NCBI RefSeq assembly: GCF_009914755.1
Contig: NC_060926.1
DNA: 64,000 nucleotides
Strand: one strand, 5' to 3'
DNA from: the human T2T-CHM13v2.0 reference genome, Homo sapiens
Positions 13,851 to 27,274 of this stretch are shown here, piece after piece (the stretch's first letter is position 1; each line of letters starts with the position of its first letter). The position numbers were made by a program, and so were the translations under genes. The notes beneath the pieces were generated by a model. It searched no databases and had not been told where the DNA came from. It worked only from the letters and a program-made list of their open reading frames with translations.

Positions 13851-14885
13851 TATATATATATACATAAACATATACGTAACGTATATATATGTTTCCTAGG
13901 ATTGCTATAAATATGGTTTTTATATATATATGTATATACACACACAATTTGTTGTTGTTGTCACAAAGTTATTGGACAAGAATAAAACAATTTTCTCTAC
14001 TTGTATAACACAGACACACTTGGCCTATTAATTTCATTATTAAATATCTGTACATCCATATGTATTTTTCACACTTTGCCATGACAAATAAGGTAAATGT
14101 CCACTAAAGTCTCCCATTGCTATGTTCTTTCAATTATTTTCTAATTTTTAAATGTATTTCTATGCTAGGTTTATTTGCAAACTAATTTAAAGCTAGTATT
14201 CCTTGTGACTTACATCAACCATTAACTACGATCTTTTTTTTAATTTTTGCTTTCTTTCTCTTTTTAATTTCAATTATTTAATCTTGCCTATTGAGTCTAA
14301 GCATTTGTTTTGTATTTTGTTGTTAATGTTGCTTTGAAAGTGATGTTCTTCTCTGTAGTGTTGATTTTTCTCTTTCATTTATTGAACTTTGCCAACTTGC
14401 TTTTATTTTTATTTCCTTTTTTTTTTTTTTTTACCAAAATCTCTCCTTTGAACTGTGCTCTATTTTGTGAATTGTTTTACAAATTTTGTTTGTTTCAGGA
14501 AATCATGTCTTGTAACATCTCTAAGAGAATAAAGAACACATTATTTTAACTCTTTTTTTTCCCAGGGTAAATTATGTATATTTTTAAAAATTTGCCTTTA
14601 CTTATGATCCTTCTTCTTAAGTGTATTTTTATATTTTTTCATTTTAAAATTTTCGATTAAGGTTACAAACATGTAGTACGAAAAATCAAAAAGTACAAAG
14701 ACATAAGGAAAAAAAATATCCCTGAACCAGCCCCACTCATATCTTCACATTAGAGGCAACTTCTTTTAATACTCATGGATACTCTTTTTTATATTTCCAG
14801 ATTTCTATATTGAGCTTTACAACTATTTCTGCTTGTTCTTCAATGTTATAGGTTATAGATTTTATGCTGCCATTCTACTACCTTT

Positions 14886-15181
<296 letters not shown>

Positions 15182-15639
15182 CTCTACTACCTTTCTTACA
15201 CCAACCTACCGTGCCTTGAGCTCTCTCGATGCTCATCACTAAACACTCTTCTGCTCCTTCAGTGTGTTTATTCATAATGCAATTTGGTAAATTAGTATTT
15301 GATGCTTATATTATTATGAACACATAACTATTATGACTATATAACTGAGTCACTAAGGGTGCTATGCATACACTGCTTTTCTTGTACAATTTCTTTTTTC
15401 TGCCCCTAAAGTTGATAAATACCTTAACTTTTTGTTTGCTTTTTGCCGTAGTTTCTGTGCAATTATCATTAGTGCAGCTCACAACTTTCCAAAATAACAA
15501 CAAAAAAGGCAAAACAAAACAAAAACCAATAAAAATCTTTTATAGTGGCTAAAGGCACCAGGTAGTCCTTCCTATTAATCCCTCACTCCATACGTCCAAA
15601 GACATCCTTCCTGGAAGCTCCCTTACTTCCACTTCAAAA

Positions 15640-16615
15640 TAATTAACATCTGGCTAGTAGAAATTTGGCTTTATCTAAAGAGAGCTCTGCTTTTTACCAG
15701 GCTCCTGGGGACAGAGGGTAACCTCTAAATCCCTGGAATTTTCTAAGTAATAGGAATGTCTTTGTTAATTATGGTAGGCCCTTTTAGTTTATCCTAACAA
15801 GCTAACTCAGGATGAGGCCAGGCACACTGGTAGTTCTAAGGTTAAAGGGTAACCATGCTAGAAAGGCCAAATATGTCATTAGAGGTTTGAGGAATGACCC
15901 ACATGATATCAATCTGACCTCTAAGGATGGAAAGGCACAGAAATTAAGTCTAAGCATATGGATAATGACTCAGTCATGCCTAAGTAATGAGATCCCAATA
16001 AAACCTCTGGATAACAAGCTCAGGACAATTTCTCTGATTGGCGATACTCTGAACATTGCCACATATTGAGGCTAAGAGGGTAACATACCCCTGAGGTTGT
16101 TGGAAGTTTCACATTTAGAACCTTCTCAGAGTCTGCTTTATATATCTCTTCCTTTGCCTTGTTTTACTTTATATCCTTTTGCTGTAATAGACTATTAGGT
16201 TGGTGCAAAAGTAATTGTGGTTTTTGCCATTAAAAGTAATATTAGTAATATTAGTAAGTAATATTTATTAGTGGTATTAATATTAATTAGTTGTTAATAG
16301 TAATATTAATTAGTAGTTAAAAAGTAATATGAGTAAGATAACACTTCCCTGAATTGTATGTCCTTCTAGCAAATTATTGAACCTAAGGGGGCCCATAAGG
16401 ACCCCCCAAATTTATATGCAGTTGGTCAGAAGTGAGAGAACGTCTGAAAACCAGTGAATTTGTAGCTGGTATTTGAATTGAGGTCAGTCTTTTGGGGACT
16501 GTTCCCTCAGACTTTGCACTTTAGCCAAACTCATTGCAGTTGGTGGCAGAAGTCGGGCCGACTTGGCAGTCTGGATGACTGTGCTGTTAACTTCATGTTT
16601 GGCTAATTCAGGGAA
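15640..16615 (+). mobile_element. MER21/MER77-like ERV LTR
   Basis: taacctctaaatccctggaattt, atcccaataaaacctctgga, ctagcaaattattgaacctaagggg and gttggtcagaagtgag resemble MER21-group LTRs. Confidence 0.65.
16195..16240. mobile_element. Half MADE1 (Hsmar1/mariner MITE), one arm only
   Basis: TA followed by ttaggttggtgcaaaagtaattgtggtttttgccattaaaagtaat is a near-perfect MADE1 arm plus spacer. The second arm is absent. Confidence 0.9.
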
Positions 16616-16649
16616 ATTTCTAAGTCTGTTGCCCAGCTATAGTACTACA

Positions 16650-17450
16650 TCTTTCCTTAACTAGCATCCTAAGTATTTTCTTTAATTCTTTTCTGTGTGA
16701 ATCTTCTCTGTTGTGGATGCCATGTTTTTGTTTTCTAATTTATGACCTTAGTAGATTCCAGAGAAAAGCTCAATATGGGATGAAATCTCGTATGTTGAAG
16801 AGTCACTTGGTTCTACGTATATGTCATTACTATTTGAGTTTGTACAGACATCTGGGTAGGAAAATGTTTTGCCTCAAAATCTGAAGGGGTTCTTCTATTG
16901 AAATCTTGCTAAATCCATCCCATGATATTATTGCTTTTCTTTCTTTGGAAACCTTTAGTTTCTATTTCTGCTGTTATGAAATTTTTATAGTATATTTACT
17001 GTGTGTATTGTGTAGAGTCTTTTTTTTTTTTTTTCATTCGACGTAAGTCACAGTAGGGCCTTGCAATCTAGAAGGATTCATGCTCTTCAATTCTGGCAAA
17101 ATTTCTGGCAAAGTTTTGTTTTATAATTTTTTCCCCAGTCTTCTTTGTTCTCTCCCTTTGAAACAACTATTGATCAATTATTAATCAGCCAGGATTGTTG
17201 TCTGAATTTCTCATGTTTTCTTTCTTCTATCTTTATTTATTCATTTTCTTTTGTACTTATATCTGGAAAAGTTCCTGGTTTGGGAACTTACTTTGATGTA
17301 TGTTTTTTCTTCTGTTTATTTAATTGGAAATGCTTACTCCTTGTTTTGTTTTAATGTTTGCTGTTTTTTTTTTTTGTTTCATATTTGTTTTGTTTTCATT
17401 TTTATTTATTTTGGAAATTTTTAGTTCATTTCACTAACTGTAGTAACTGA
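16650..17450 (-). mobile_element. Very old L1 remnant (T-rich strand)
   Basis: T-rich degenerate sequence with reverse L1M-like motifs (tcttcaattctggcaaaatttc). Boundaries vague. Confidence 0.4.
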
Positions 17451-19559
17451 GATACTATTTAAAATATTTAACAACCTCTGTGACACAGATAGCAACACCT
17501 CAGAATGGTCTCAAGACATTTATTGTATCATGAGTACTAGCTGAATATCAGACATGGAACTTTTATATGCTATTTATTGTTACCTCTTTTTATGTTTCTT
17601 ACATTTTCTTTTTATTCAACTTTGGAAGATACAGATTTTTTAATATTATTTTTATTCTAATAAAGTCATGGTTGAAAATTCTACATAAAAAAGTGAATTG
17701 ACCTTATATTTCTGAAATTATTAATTGCTTACAAAATAGTATTCATTGACCTATTTATATTTAAGATAAAGAAATGCACTCAATTTAATTTTTCCACATC
17801 TTTTATTTTCAAACTTACAGATTTTGTTGGTCTAATTTTTTATAATATTCAGATTTTATTTTTCTGTTTCTATGTGATTCAATATCTTATGTATTTAACA
17901 TTTCAAATAATTATGCAGATTGATTTGTAAAAATATTTTAAATCATTTTTAGCCTCAGTTTTAATTTCTATATGAAATTAAAACAGATGGAATCTAAAAT
18001 ATATTTGCTTCCTGCAATAATTTGTTTTCAAAATTGTGCTCTTTGTCTACCTCCTGAGAGTTATGTTTATTTATCTTTGCCATAAATCTTGTGTATGTGC
18101 ATGTTTTCTATCTTTGAGTCATTAATTATCTTTTTCACACTCTTTGTCTCCAAAACTTTAGACATTACATCTCTTAGGTGATGCTACACTTTCTACTCTG
18201 ATGTTATTAGAACTGTTGGATCTTAAACTGTGTGTTTGATGCAGGCTCAGTGACCCAGAAATCTAAAGCAAATTGATGAGAAAAGCATCCAGTAAGACTT
18301 AAAACAATCTGATTTTGAAATCATCTTCTCTCTCTGATTCCTTTTCTATGCTGGATTATGCCATTCTGCTTTGCTAAGGACAGTGTACTGGACAAAGATA
18401 CACGTGATAATTTCTCTAATTTTCTGGCATGTGGATAGTATCCTTCTACAGAAATTGTGCATTCCAGGTCACATTTTTTGTGTATGAAGAAAATCACTAA
18501 CAAATAAACACGGAGTCCAGAGGGCCTTAATTTTAAACACAAACTAATCAGATTTCCATTTGTGTTTTCTCATAAAGTTATTTTGTTAAATTAAAATGCC
18601 TTATTACTTACTCATAGAACCAATGACTATGGGACATATCCTGCTGGTCACAAAACTGTAACCTTACTTTGAGGATGAAAAAGGCAAAACCGGGCAGAGA
18701 AATTCTCAGCAGGAATATTTAACGTCAGGCTAAGATTCAAGTTGCTTTAATAAAATTAAAGTTTAGTGGGAAATTCACCAAAATATATTTTTAAGCTATT
18801 GTTTCTTTTAAAACTATTAACTAATTTATTGTTATGAATTAATGTACTAATTTAAAATTCTGTGTCTTACAAGAAGAAAACAAAATGCTGATCTAAGTAA
18901 TCTGCTTTGTTAAAAATGCTCGATTATATTGAAAACAAATTATAAATGCTTTTTAATCAACAAGCAGGAAAAATGTTTATTTCCATCTCAAGTTACCTAT
19001 GGATAAAGCATTCCTATTCAGACTCTGTGGCTTTGTCCAGCTTTATAAACTAAAAGCATCATTCATAAACAGTTGATAATACTTTGTAGTTTTGTTATTT
19101 GAAAGATGAAGCAAACCTTTTTGTCAGTTGAAATAAGAAAGCTTAGTCAATGGTGTGAGGGCAATATTTTGAAACTAACAAATGATTATCAGGAGCAGTC
19201 CTGGAGGCCTATTAAAAAGGCCAAGTGTGTACCTACATTTCACAACTCCATTCAAGGTAGCCAGGAAGATGCATTGGGCTTATCCAAAGAGTGTTAATAT
19301 TTACCTCCCAGTTAATTTACAGAATTATTTGGAATGTTACTAGGGTTCATTAGATTCCAGATCAAGTGTACATAGATAATAGATGTAATGCTTGATATTA
19401 TAAATTCATTACATGAAAATATTAATCTAATCTAAAAAGTCACCTAATAGAAATATTCTAAAACAGAGGTTAATATAAATTATTCTGAGACACACATATA
19501 TACACATACACATGCACACACACACACAAACCTAATGTCAAAATGTCTCTGGGATTACA

Positions 19560-19745
19560 CACTTAGAAGTTAGAAACATGGGATTTGGAGTCATATAGAT
19601 GTGGGTTTTGAAGTCTAACAATTTAACTTCAGTCATATGCTAATTTTTACAGATGTTCCACTTCAGTCAGCCACAGTTTCCTCATCGATAAAATCAAGAT
19701 GATAATACAAATTTACAGATTAATGTAGATTTAAATGAGAAGTCA
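19560..19745 (+). mobile_element. MIR SINE
   Basis: gggatttggagtcatatagatgtggg...cagtttcctcatcgataaaatcaagatgataata...ttaaatgaga. Confidence 0.7.
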
Positions 19746-22669
19746 CACACATACATGTATATATATTCAAACGTGTCTTTCTATACACCTTTACTATATC
19801 TATATTATAGCTATAGCTATCTATCTCTCCAACTATTTTTTCTTTTATCTGTATCTGAGCCTAGTATTCCATCACACAGAAAATGGACACTATCTCAGGA
19901 AAGCAATATAAGTCTAAAAAATAATAGAAAAAGGAGTATCTTCTTGTATTTTGAGTTTTAGAGGCCGCAACACAGAGTAGAATGGAAAGAACTCACGGTA
20001 GACTACATTCGAGATGAGTGAAAGCAAAGATGCCATCATCAACCACCTTTGATTACCATCAAAATAGAAATGACTCTCAAGACTATGGAGAAAGGAGACA
20101 TCAAAGAAATGAGAGTTTGGGTCCTTCAAAGGGACCTCTAAACTCTCCTTCGTTGGTCATTCCCTGTGGAGATGACAAGCATAAGTTTATGAGAATGGAA
20201 CACAGGGAATCTGGGCTTCTATCTCAGGTTGACCCCTAAAAAGAAAGTACCCAGAAAATAAATAGTATTTATAGAAGAATTTATAGAAGTATTTATAGAA
20301 GAGCAGGGCTTGGAGAGCATCACGTTTCCTTTAATATTGCACAGTATAGGAATAGAAGAATGATTTTTTGTGTGCCTAACAGTGGCATAGAATTTATAGT
20401 CGTTGAACTTAAAGGGCTATTATTTGCCAGAATACAGGAAAATCCGTCATTCACCTGGGTAGATCCAAATGAAATAGCAGGTGGGGCAGTAACTGTATCA
20501 ACAGTTGCCAAAAATTGGCAACAATTGGATATCCTCCTCTAATATCTTGCCCTTATCCCACCCTCTAATTTGTGGGTACTATGTAAGGCCCCTTGGGAAT
20601 CTGACACAATGCAGAGGGAAAATGGGAGCTAGGAACCAAACTAAGTGAAATGAAGTCTTTGTCATTCCCTAAGAATGGACGTTTGAAATTAGGTAAAATT
20701 TTAGGCAGACAAACAAGCAAAACAAAACAAAAAAACTCCTGCACAGTTTGTGGACTGTTTTAATTAAGCATTTCATGAAGAGTTGCTAATCAAATACTAT
20801 TTTGAACCAGGCCTGACTCTCATCATTTTCAAAACACTTGGCCTACTCTTCTTGAATTGTTTTACTTTCATTGAACTGTTCCGTCAATCCTCTTATCAGA
20901 TACAAATGAAGAAGAAAGCATACCACATCTTACAGTCGATGTATTTTTAAACCAGCTTCAAAGAGGGAGTGGTTAGATATGCGTTAAAAGAAGCTTTCCT
21001 CCCTCTTTTTATTATATCAGTATCATTTTCTTTATTGAACATTTCATAGAGGAGTTCTATTGTAGCAGCCACTCCTGTTTGTCAGTTAGCACTATCAAAG
21101 GAGTTGTAGGAGGAGTGTAATTACCAAATATTTCTAGCCTGGTGAAGTGGATAATGAGAAGTGCAGTGAACATGGATTTGGAGTGTGTATGTGTGTGCAT
21201 ATTTGTGAACCAGCATTTAGATTCTCTTTATTATTCCCATGCTTAACAAAAAAGTCTATGTTTTGAACATTACTGCAGAGAAGGGATCTAATTTTAGCAA
21301 AGTGAGGAGGGGGTGCCTGCCTGAACTGAATAGTGAGGGAGCCTCTCAAAAATAAATCTATGGAAGACATTGAATCATGCAGACATTAAAGAATTTTTTA
21401 AGAATCAGGTTTACCAAATATTCAAGAGATAGTGTTTTTCCACATCTATAAGGACATTGAATCTCAATCCATTGCATCCCAATAGTGCATTCAAATCTTA
21501 AAGACCCAATACTATATTTTACACATTCATTTGAGGTGAAAACAATTTTCTTTTGTCTGTCATCAATGCATACATTTCAGCAGAAGAAATAATGGTAAAA
21601 TAGAATAGACAATATTTTAATGACACAAATAGCATGGTTACATTGTCTTCTCCGAATTCTTCATTAGTTGTAAGTGCTTAATCAATAAATTTAAAGCTCG
21701 ATATACTTCAAAAGAATTTGAGCAAATTTGTTTATATTAGTTTGCCTTATTGATAACGGTGTCTAGTCACACAACTTGTTTATGTATAAACTTTATTATA
21801 CAAAGGAAGGTGAGATTATTGAAGGTTCCCTTCATCAGTGGCCCAGTCCTACATTTCCTAACTCAGAGGTACAAATAAAGTTTTCCAGTAGACCAGAATG
21901 CTAGTGAATGTCACCTATCAGAACCTGAGCTGAGTAAAATTCTCCACCTGTTACAGCCTGGATATACACTTCTCAAAGACTAGCATGTATGTGCCAAGAT
22001 GCTTCTGTTCAGGTTGGCTTGATACCTGTTGGTAATGATCATGTCTATAAAACAGCACACCTTTGTGGCTGAGCTCTTTCATTTTTAAGATTCTTATACA
22101 AAGTCTGGTCACACCGTCACAATCTAGTGATTGTAAGCCTCAACAAATCACAGCACAAATCAAGTGCATTTTATTGATGTCAGTCACTAGGAACACCACC
22201 AAAATGCTTGGGCATATATAATCTTGCCTTTCGTGTATTAATTATAATCCAAGAAGTTTGAATATACATTTTCCCATCATTATTTAAAAGTGTTAAATAG
22301 CCTCTCTTCATTATACATTATGTCTATGAATTTATGTACACATATTTCTTCTGGGTATAATTATAGGGTGAAGGTAAAGAGAATTTTGAGTATGCCAAAT
22401 AGATATAGAAAATAGAAAAACTGTACCAAAAGCAAGAGGAAATAATCAGTAGTTACAAAGTAGAAGAAAAGACCATCAGTGTTTTGCAGAGATGAATTAA
22501 CAAAGGGTCCCAAAAATAGATTTGAATCCCATAGCTCAATTGCATGTCTCCAGAAAAATGGAGCCTCTGATGGGCTCTACTAATTGTAATTAAATCACAA
22601 TAGAACATAACAAATCAAATAGTAAACTGAGGTAGCAAGAGCTGCAGCCAAGTCTTTATAGTAAACATG

Positions 22670-22920
22670 GGTAATACTGAGTGGGCACTTTGTGCTGAAC
22701 ACAGTTCGAAGGTCTTCACATAAAGACTAGCTCAAGTGTCAAACCTACTGTTTAAGTGGGTATCATCATGATCTTTATTTCACAGATAACGTAATCCATT
22801 TTCTGGCCAAAGTCAGAAAATGGTTGTCCAAAGTTAAGTAACAAATAAGAGGTTTTGAATTCAGGAGGGGATTTGAACTCAGGCAATTGGATTCCAGAGC
22901 CTACCAGCTATAACCTACAC
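22670..22920 (-). mobile_element. MIR SINE
   Basis: Reverse MIR ending gggatttgaactcaggcaattggattccagagcc. Confidence 0.7.
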
Positions 22921-24029
22921 AAAATAAAAGCTAATTACTTCTGTATAACTCTAACCTGGTAGCAGGAAGAACATGGGCTGACAGGTAAACCACAGTCTTA
23001 TTGTTGACTCTGATTTGGTGCTAGTTGACTGGAAACCTCACAGAAGACACTCAGGTTAATACTGGATCACCAAACTGGGTGAAAATCAGAAGTAAGCCAA
23101 CAACATCCTGCCCTCAGTAGTAAGTCAAACTTAGTAAGGATAATCAGATGATGAAACTAACTAAAATAATAGACAATTTCTATTTTTAAAAAAGGATTTT
23201 TTTACATCTTTAGTTACTGTATTTTAGAAAAAAGTAATTAAAAATAGTCTAGAAAATGAGACAATGCAAAAATATTGTCTTATACAAGTCCTCATGTAAG
23301 TACTGATGTTGCTGCATCTCCACACTCTACTCCCAGTGTTCCTCTTGAGGGAGCTCCTTGACTAGCTGCTGTTCCTTACCTGATAAAGTGACTCTAGTAG
23401 ACATTTGTCATTTTGAAGGCTCCCTACATTTATTGCATAATTTCTAATTCTGGATAATTTCCAACCTGTTATGGTTTGGATGAGAAGCAGAGCTTCACCT
23501 CGCACAAGTGAAGCTGTCACTCTTCTAGTCACATGGCCAATCAGAAGTTCACTAAGGATGAAGTTCCTTATTGTCAATCAAGAGAGCAATGGTATAGAAC
23601 AGATGAACTTCTTTCTTGGCCTTCAGAAGCTTCATTGATTCATGCCTATTTTCCATTCTTGCCTTCAGCCTTCCTTCAAATCTGTTAGCTCCTGTTATCT
23701 CTCCAATAATTTTCCTAATTGATTGATTTCCTATTATTTACAATAGAAGGTTTTGTAATTGATTTGGTAATCAAATCCCTCAGTCTGTATTTAACATGAA
23801 GGTTTCCTGCCTATACAGTGTTGTGGTGGTCTTCCATGAAGTTGATCAGGTTTGCTGGTGCCTGTGCCTATATATGCTCTTCCAAATGCCCATCGAATAC
23901 TAGAAGTCCCATTTTCCCCTGGTAAGCAAAATTCATCACCAGAGCCATGCATCCCTTTCATCCTATTCCATTGGTGACATGATGTGATTGAAATAGCAGT
24001 ATGGGTCTCTGTGCTTCTGGCTTAAAAAT

Positions 24030-24068
24030 TGTGTGTGTGTGTGTGTGTGTGTACGTACGTGTGTGTGC
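24030..24068. repeat. (GT)n microsatellite, interrupted by acgtac
   Basis: Read directly. Confidence 0.95.
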
Positions 24069-24414
24069 CGTAAAGAAAAGGAACTTCCCCTGGGTATTAC
24101 GACAATAGAAAACTAATCACAAACTCATTTAATTGTTGTCATTAAAATATACTGTTACCTCCACTTAAGCCGATGAGGAAATATAGACTCTGAGCTGTTT
24201 GAGTTTGGAACTCCACACTGTTGTCTGTGCTATCCCATAAAGATTCTCTCTGTGTCAAGAATGAAGCAGGAAAAGACAGACTCTGGGAGCCACTTAACTG
24301 TTGGACTAAGAAGTTCATGGAATAAAAGGGGCAGGGGAGTCCTTAAAGTCAGCTGTATGGGGATGGTAACTCAATAGCGAGCCCCTTCCACGTCTCCTAT
24401 TCTTGACTGAATGA

Positions 24415-24756
<342 letters not shown>

Positions 24757-25169
24757 TGAGTGTAAAAGACATTGCTAGGGTGACTGGAATCTGAGTGTTA
24801 AGAAGGGACCCTTTCTTCACCTTAGACCATTACTGTCTTTGGTCCTCTTTCCTAAATTTAGGAGCAAAACTTCTGTAAGCCTCTCAAGAGGCACAAATGG
24901 TTCACAGAGAAGGAGCTGGTAGTTCCATTGGCCAAGGGAATCGTCCCTCTCACTCTCTAGCCAGTTTGACTCAATTTTAAATAGCCTAGCCTTTATAGGG
25001 AGTCTGAGCCAAAAAAAAAACACATGAAATAAACTGGACACCTTAACTGACCTTCCCAGCCACCGAGTGACCCAGAGAGACCTGTTGAAGCTTTCTACAT
25101 GCCCAGCCTTCCTCATCCAGAACAGGGGGAGGGCCATGTAGAGATTTTCTGGAGGCCCTGTGACCAAGT

Positions 25170-26640
25170 TGTATCTAATGGATCTGTATCAATTATTTGA
25201 GCATTTTTTTTTTCTTTAAGAATGTCTTACATTTTTTAAATTAAAATTTTTCCTTTTTTTTTTTCTTAATTTGGCTGGCTTGAGTTTTCATGTGATAAGT
25301 CCAATTAAAAAGCTTGAAAGTCTCCTGTGCTGTATTCATGATATGTATGTATGTTTATAAATGTTTATGCTGCAAAGTGGCATATAATTATTAAGTGAAT
25401 CATTTTCTATTCATTTATTTCATAGTTATTTTAAATTTTCTTCAGAGATTTTATTAAGCATAATATTAAACTGATTTTTTATGAATCTTCACATTTGTCA
25501 AAAAATCGATTTCACATACCTAATGAAACTTGTATTTAAATTATAAACAATTGAATGCTGATTTCTCAACAGTTGAATTGCTGGGTTTATTATATTGAAA
25601 CAATATTTATGACTGTGTTTAAAACAAAATACACCATTGAATTATATTAGTACTTTATTGCTTATTTACTTGATGCTAGTATTTACAATTATCTCTAACT
25701 TAACCAATTTTAATGTTTAAGAGATTATTTTTCAGAAAAACTGCATAGGTGCTATTTTTCATGAACTCTTGCATATATAAGCATATCTCTGTAAATGAAC
25801 GACACTTTGACTGAACACAGCGAAACTGGATTAGTATCATGTTCTTTATAAATATTACAGTGCATTACTTTAATTTTGTTTGATATTTGAAGTTTAGAAG
25901 AAAAGTTAAGGGCCAATTTAATTTTTATTCATTGTAATCAATTCATTTTTTAACTTAGCTATTTGTAGGCTAGTTTTATTTTTTCTTATGCTTGTTGTTA
26001 ATCGTTTTTTTTAAGCAAACATACCTTGGTATCCATTTTATTATTTATGTATTTTTTCTGAAATGCAGTGATTTCTTTTTTATCTGTGTATATTGAGTTA
26101 GCAAAAGTTTTCCTCTCTTTTATGTTCCATTTTTGCTTTTGTGTTTTGTTCTTCTTCAGGGAACACTAATAATTTTTATTTTGACTCCTATTTTTATGCT
26201 GTATACTGTCATTTTCTTCATTATTCAAGTCTTTTTGTGCCTATATTTGAAACTCAAGAGATTTTCTTATATAGAACCATCTATATTCAATTATTCATAT
26301 CACATGTTATGTTTTTGAGTCTCATCTAGTTTATCATTGCATTTTAAAATTTCCAGCCTTCGTATCACCATCATTTTTCTTTTTATATCAGGCATTTAAA
26401 AATTTTTAGTTTGTTTCTTTTTCATCTCAATCTGTTTTCTATTTGGAGTTCTGCTTTTTTCTTCCCCCCTCCCCCCGCATTGAAGCCATGTCTTTTCACA
26501 TGGTATATGGGATTTCATACAACTTCCTGACATTTTCTTCTAGATTCTGCATTATTTTCAGTGTTACCCTTTTCTTCTGATTCTTTACAATATGTTTTCT
26601 CTTTCACTTACTTTGAAAGTTTTTTTATATGGGCCTTGCA
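25170..26640 (-). mobile_element. Very old L1 remnant (L1ME-like)
   Basis: Long T-rich degenerate stretch with weak reverse L1 character. Confidence 0.4.
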
Positions 26641-26650
26641 TTGCTTTCAT

Positions 26651-26814
26651 TTTCCTTCCTTCCTTCCTTCCTCTCTCTCTCCCTTTCTTTCTTTCCTTCC
26701 TTCCTTCCTTCCTCCTTCCTTCCTTCCTTCCTTCCTTCCTTCCTTCCTCCCTCCCTCCCTCCCTCCCTCCCTCCCTCCCTCCCTCCTTCCTTCCTTCCTT
26801 CCTTCCTTTCTTTC

Positions 26815-26889
<75 letters not shown>

Positions 26890-26970
26890 TCCTTCTTTCT
26901 TCTTTCTCTTTCTCTCTCTTTCCCTTCCTTCCTTCCTTCTTCTTTCTTTCTTTCCTCTTTTTTTTTTTTT
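26651..26970. repeat. Compound polypyrimidine tract (CCTT)n/(CCCT)n/(CTTT)~19
   Basis: About 320 nt of C/T only; the CTTT run spans 26815-26890. Confidence 0.98.
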
Positions 26971-27274
26971 GTTTGAGACAAGATCTCAGTCCGTCATCCA
27001 GGATGGAGTGCAGTGGTGCAATCAGGGCTAATTGCAGCCTGCACTTCCCTGCCTCAGGTGATTCTCCCACCTTGGCCTCCTGAGTAGCTGGGACTACAGA
27101 CACATGCCACCACGCCAGCTTTTTCTTTTCTTTTTATTTATTTATTTATTTTTGTAAAAGATGGAGTTTAGCCATCTCAAACCCAGGCTGGTCTGGAACT
27201 CCTGGGCTCAAGTGATCCTCCTGCCTTGGCCTCCCAAAGTGCTGGGATTACTGGCGGGACTCACTGCACCTGGC
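26651..27274 (-). mobile_element. AluJ-type with a microsatellite-expanded tail
   Basis: J-type features (ctgggctcaagtgatcctcctgcc, gcagcct); 10-bp TSD ttgctttcat at 26641-26650 and 27275-27284. Confidence 0.93.

Noticed and set aside
19960-20030. Possible small exon after ttttag with a few CpGs
   Set aside because: The short frame ends in a stop, there is no good donor, and it may be a degraded SINE 5' end.
26561-27103. Five overlapping ORFs of 115-172 aa
   Set aside because: They are translations of the stop-free polypyrimidine/polypurine tract plus Alu sequence.
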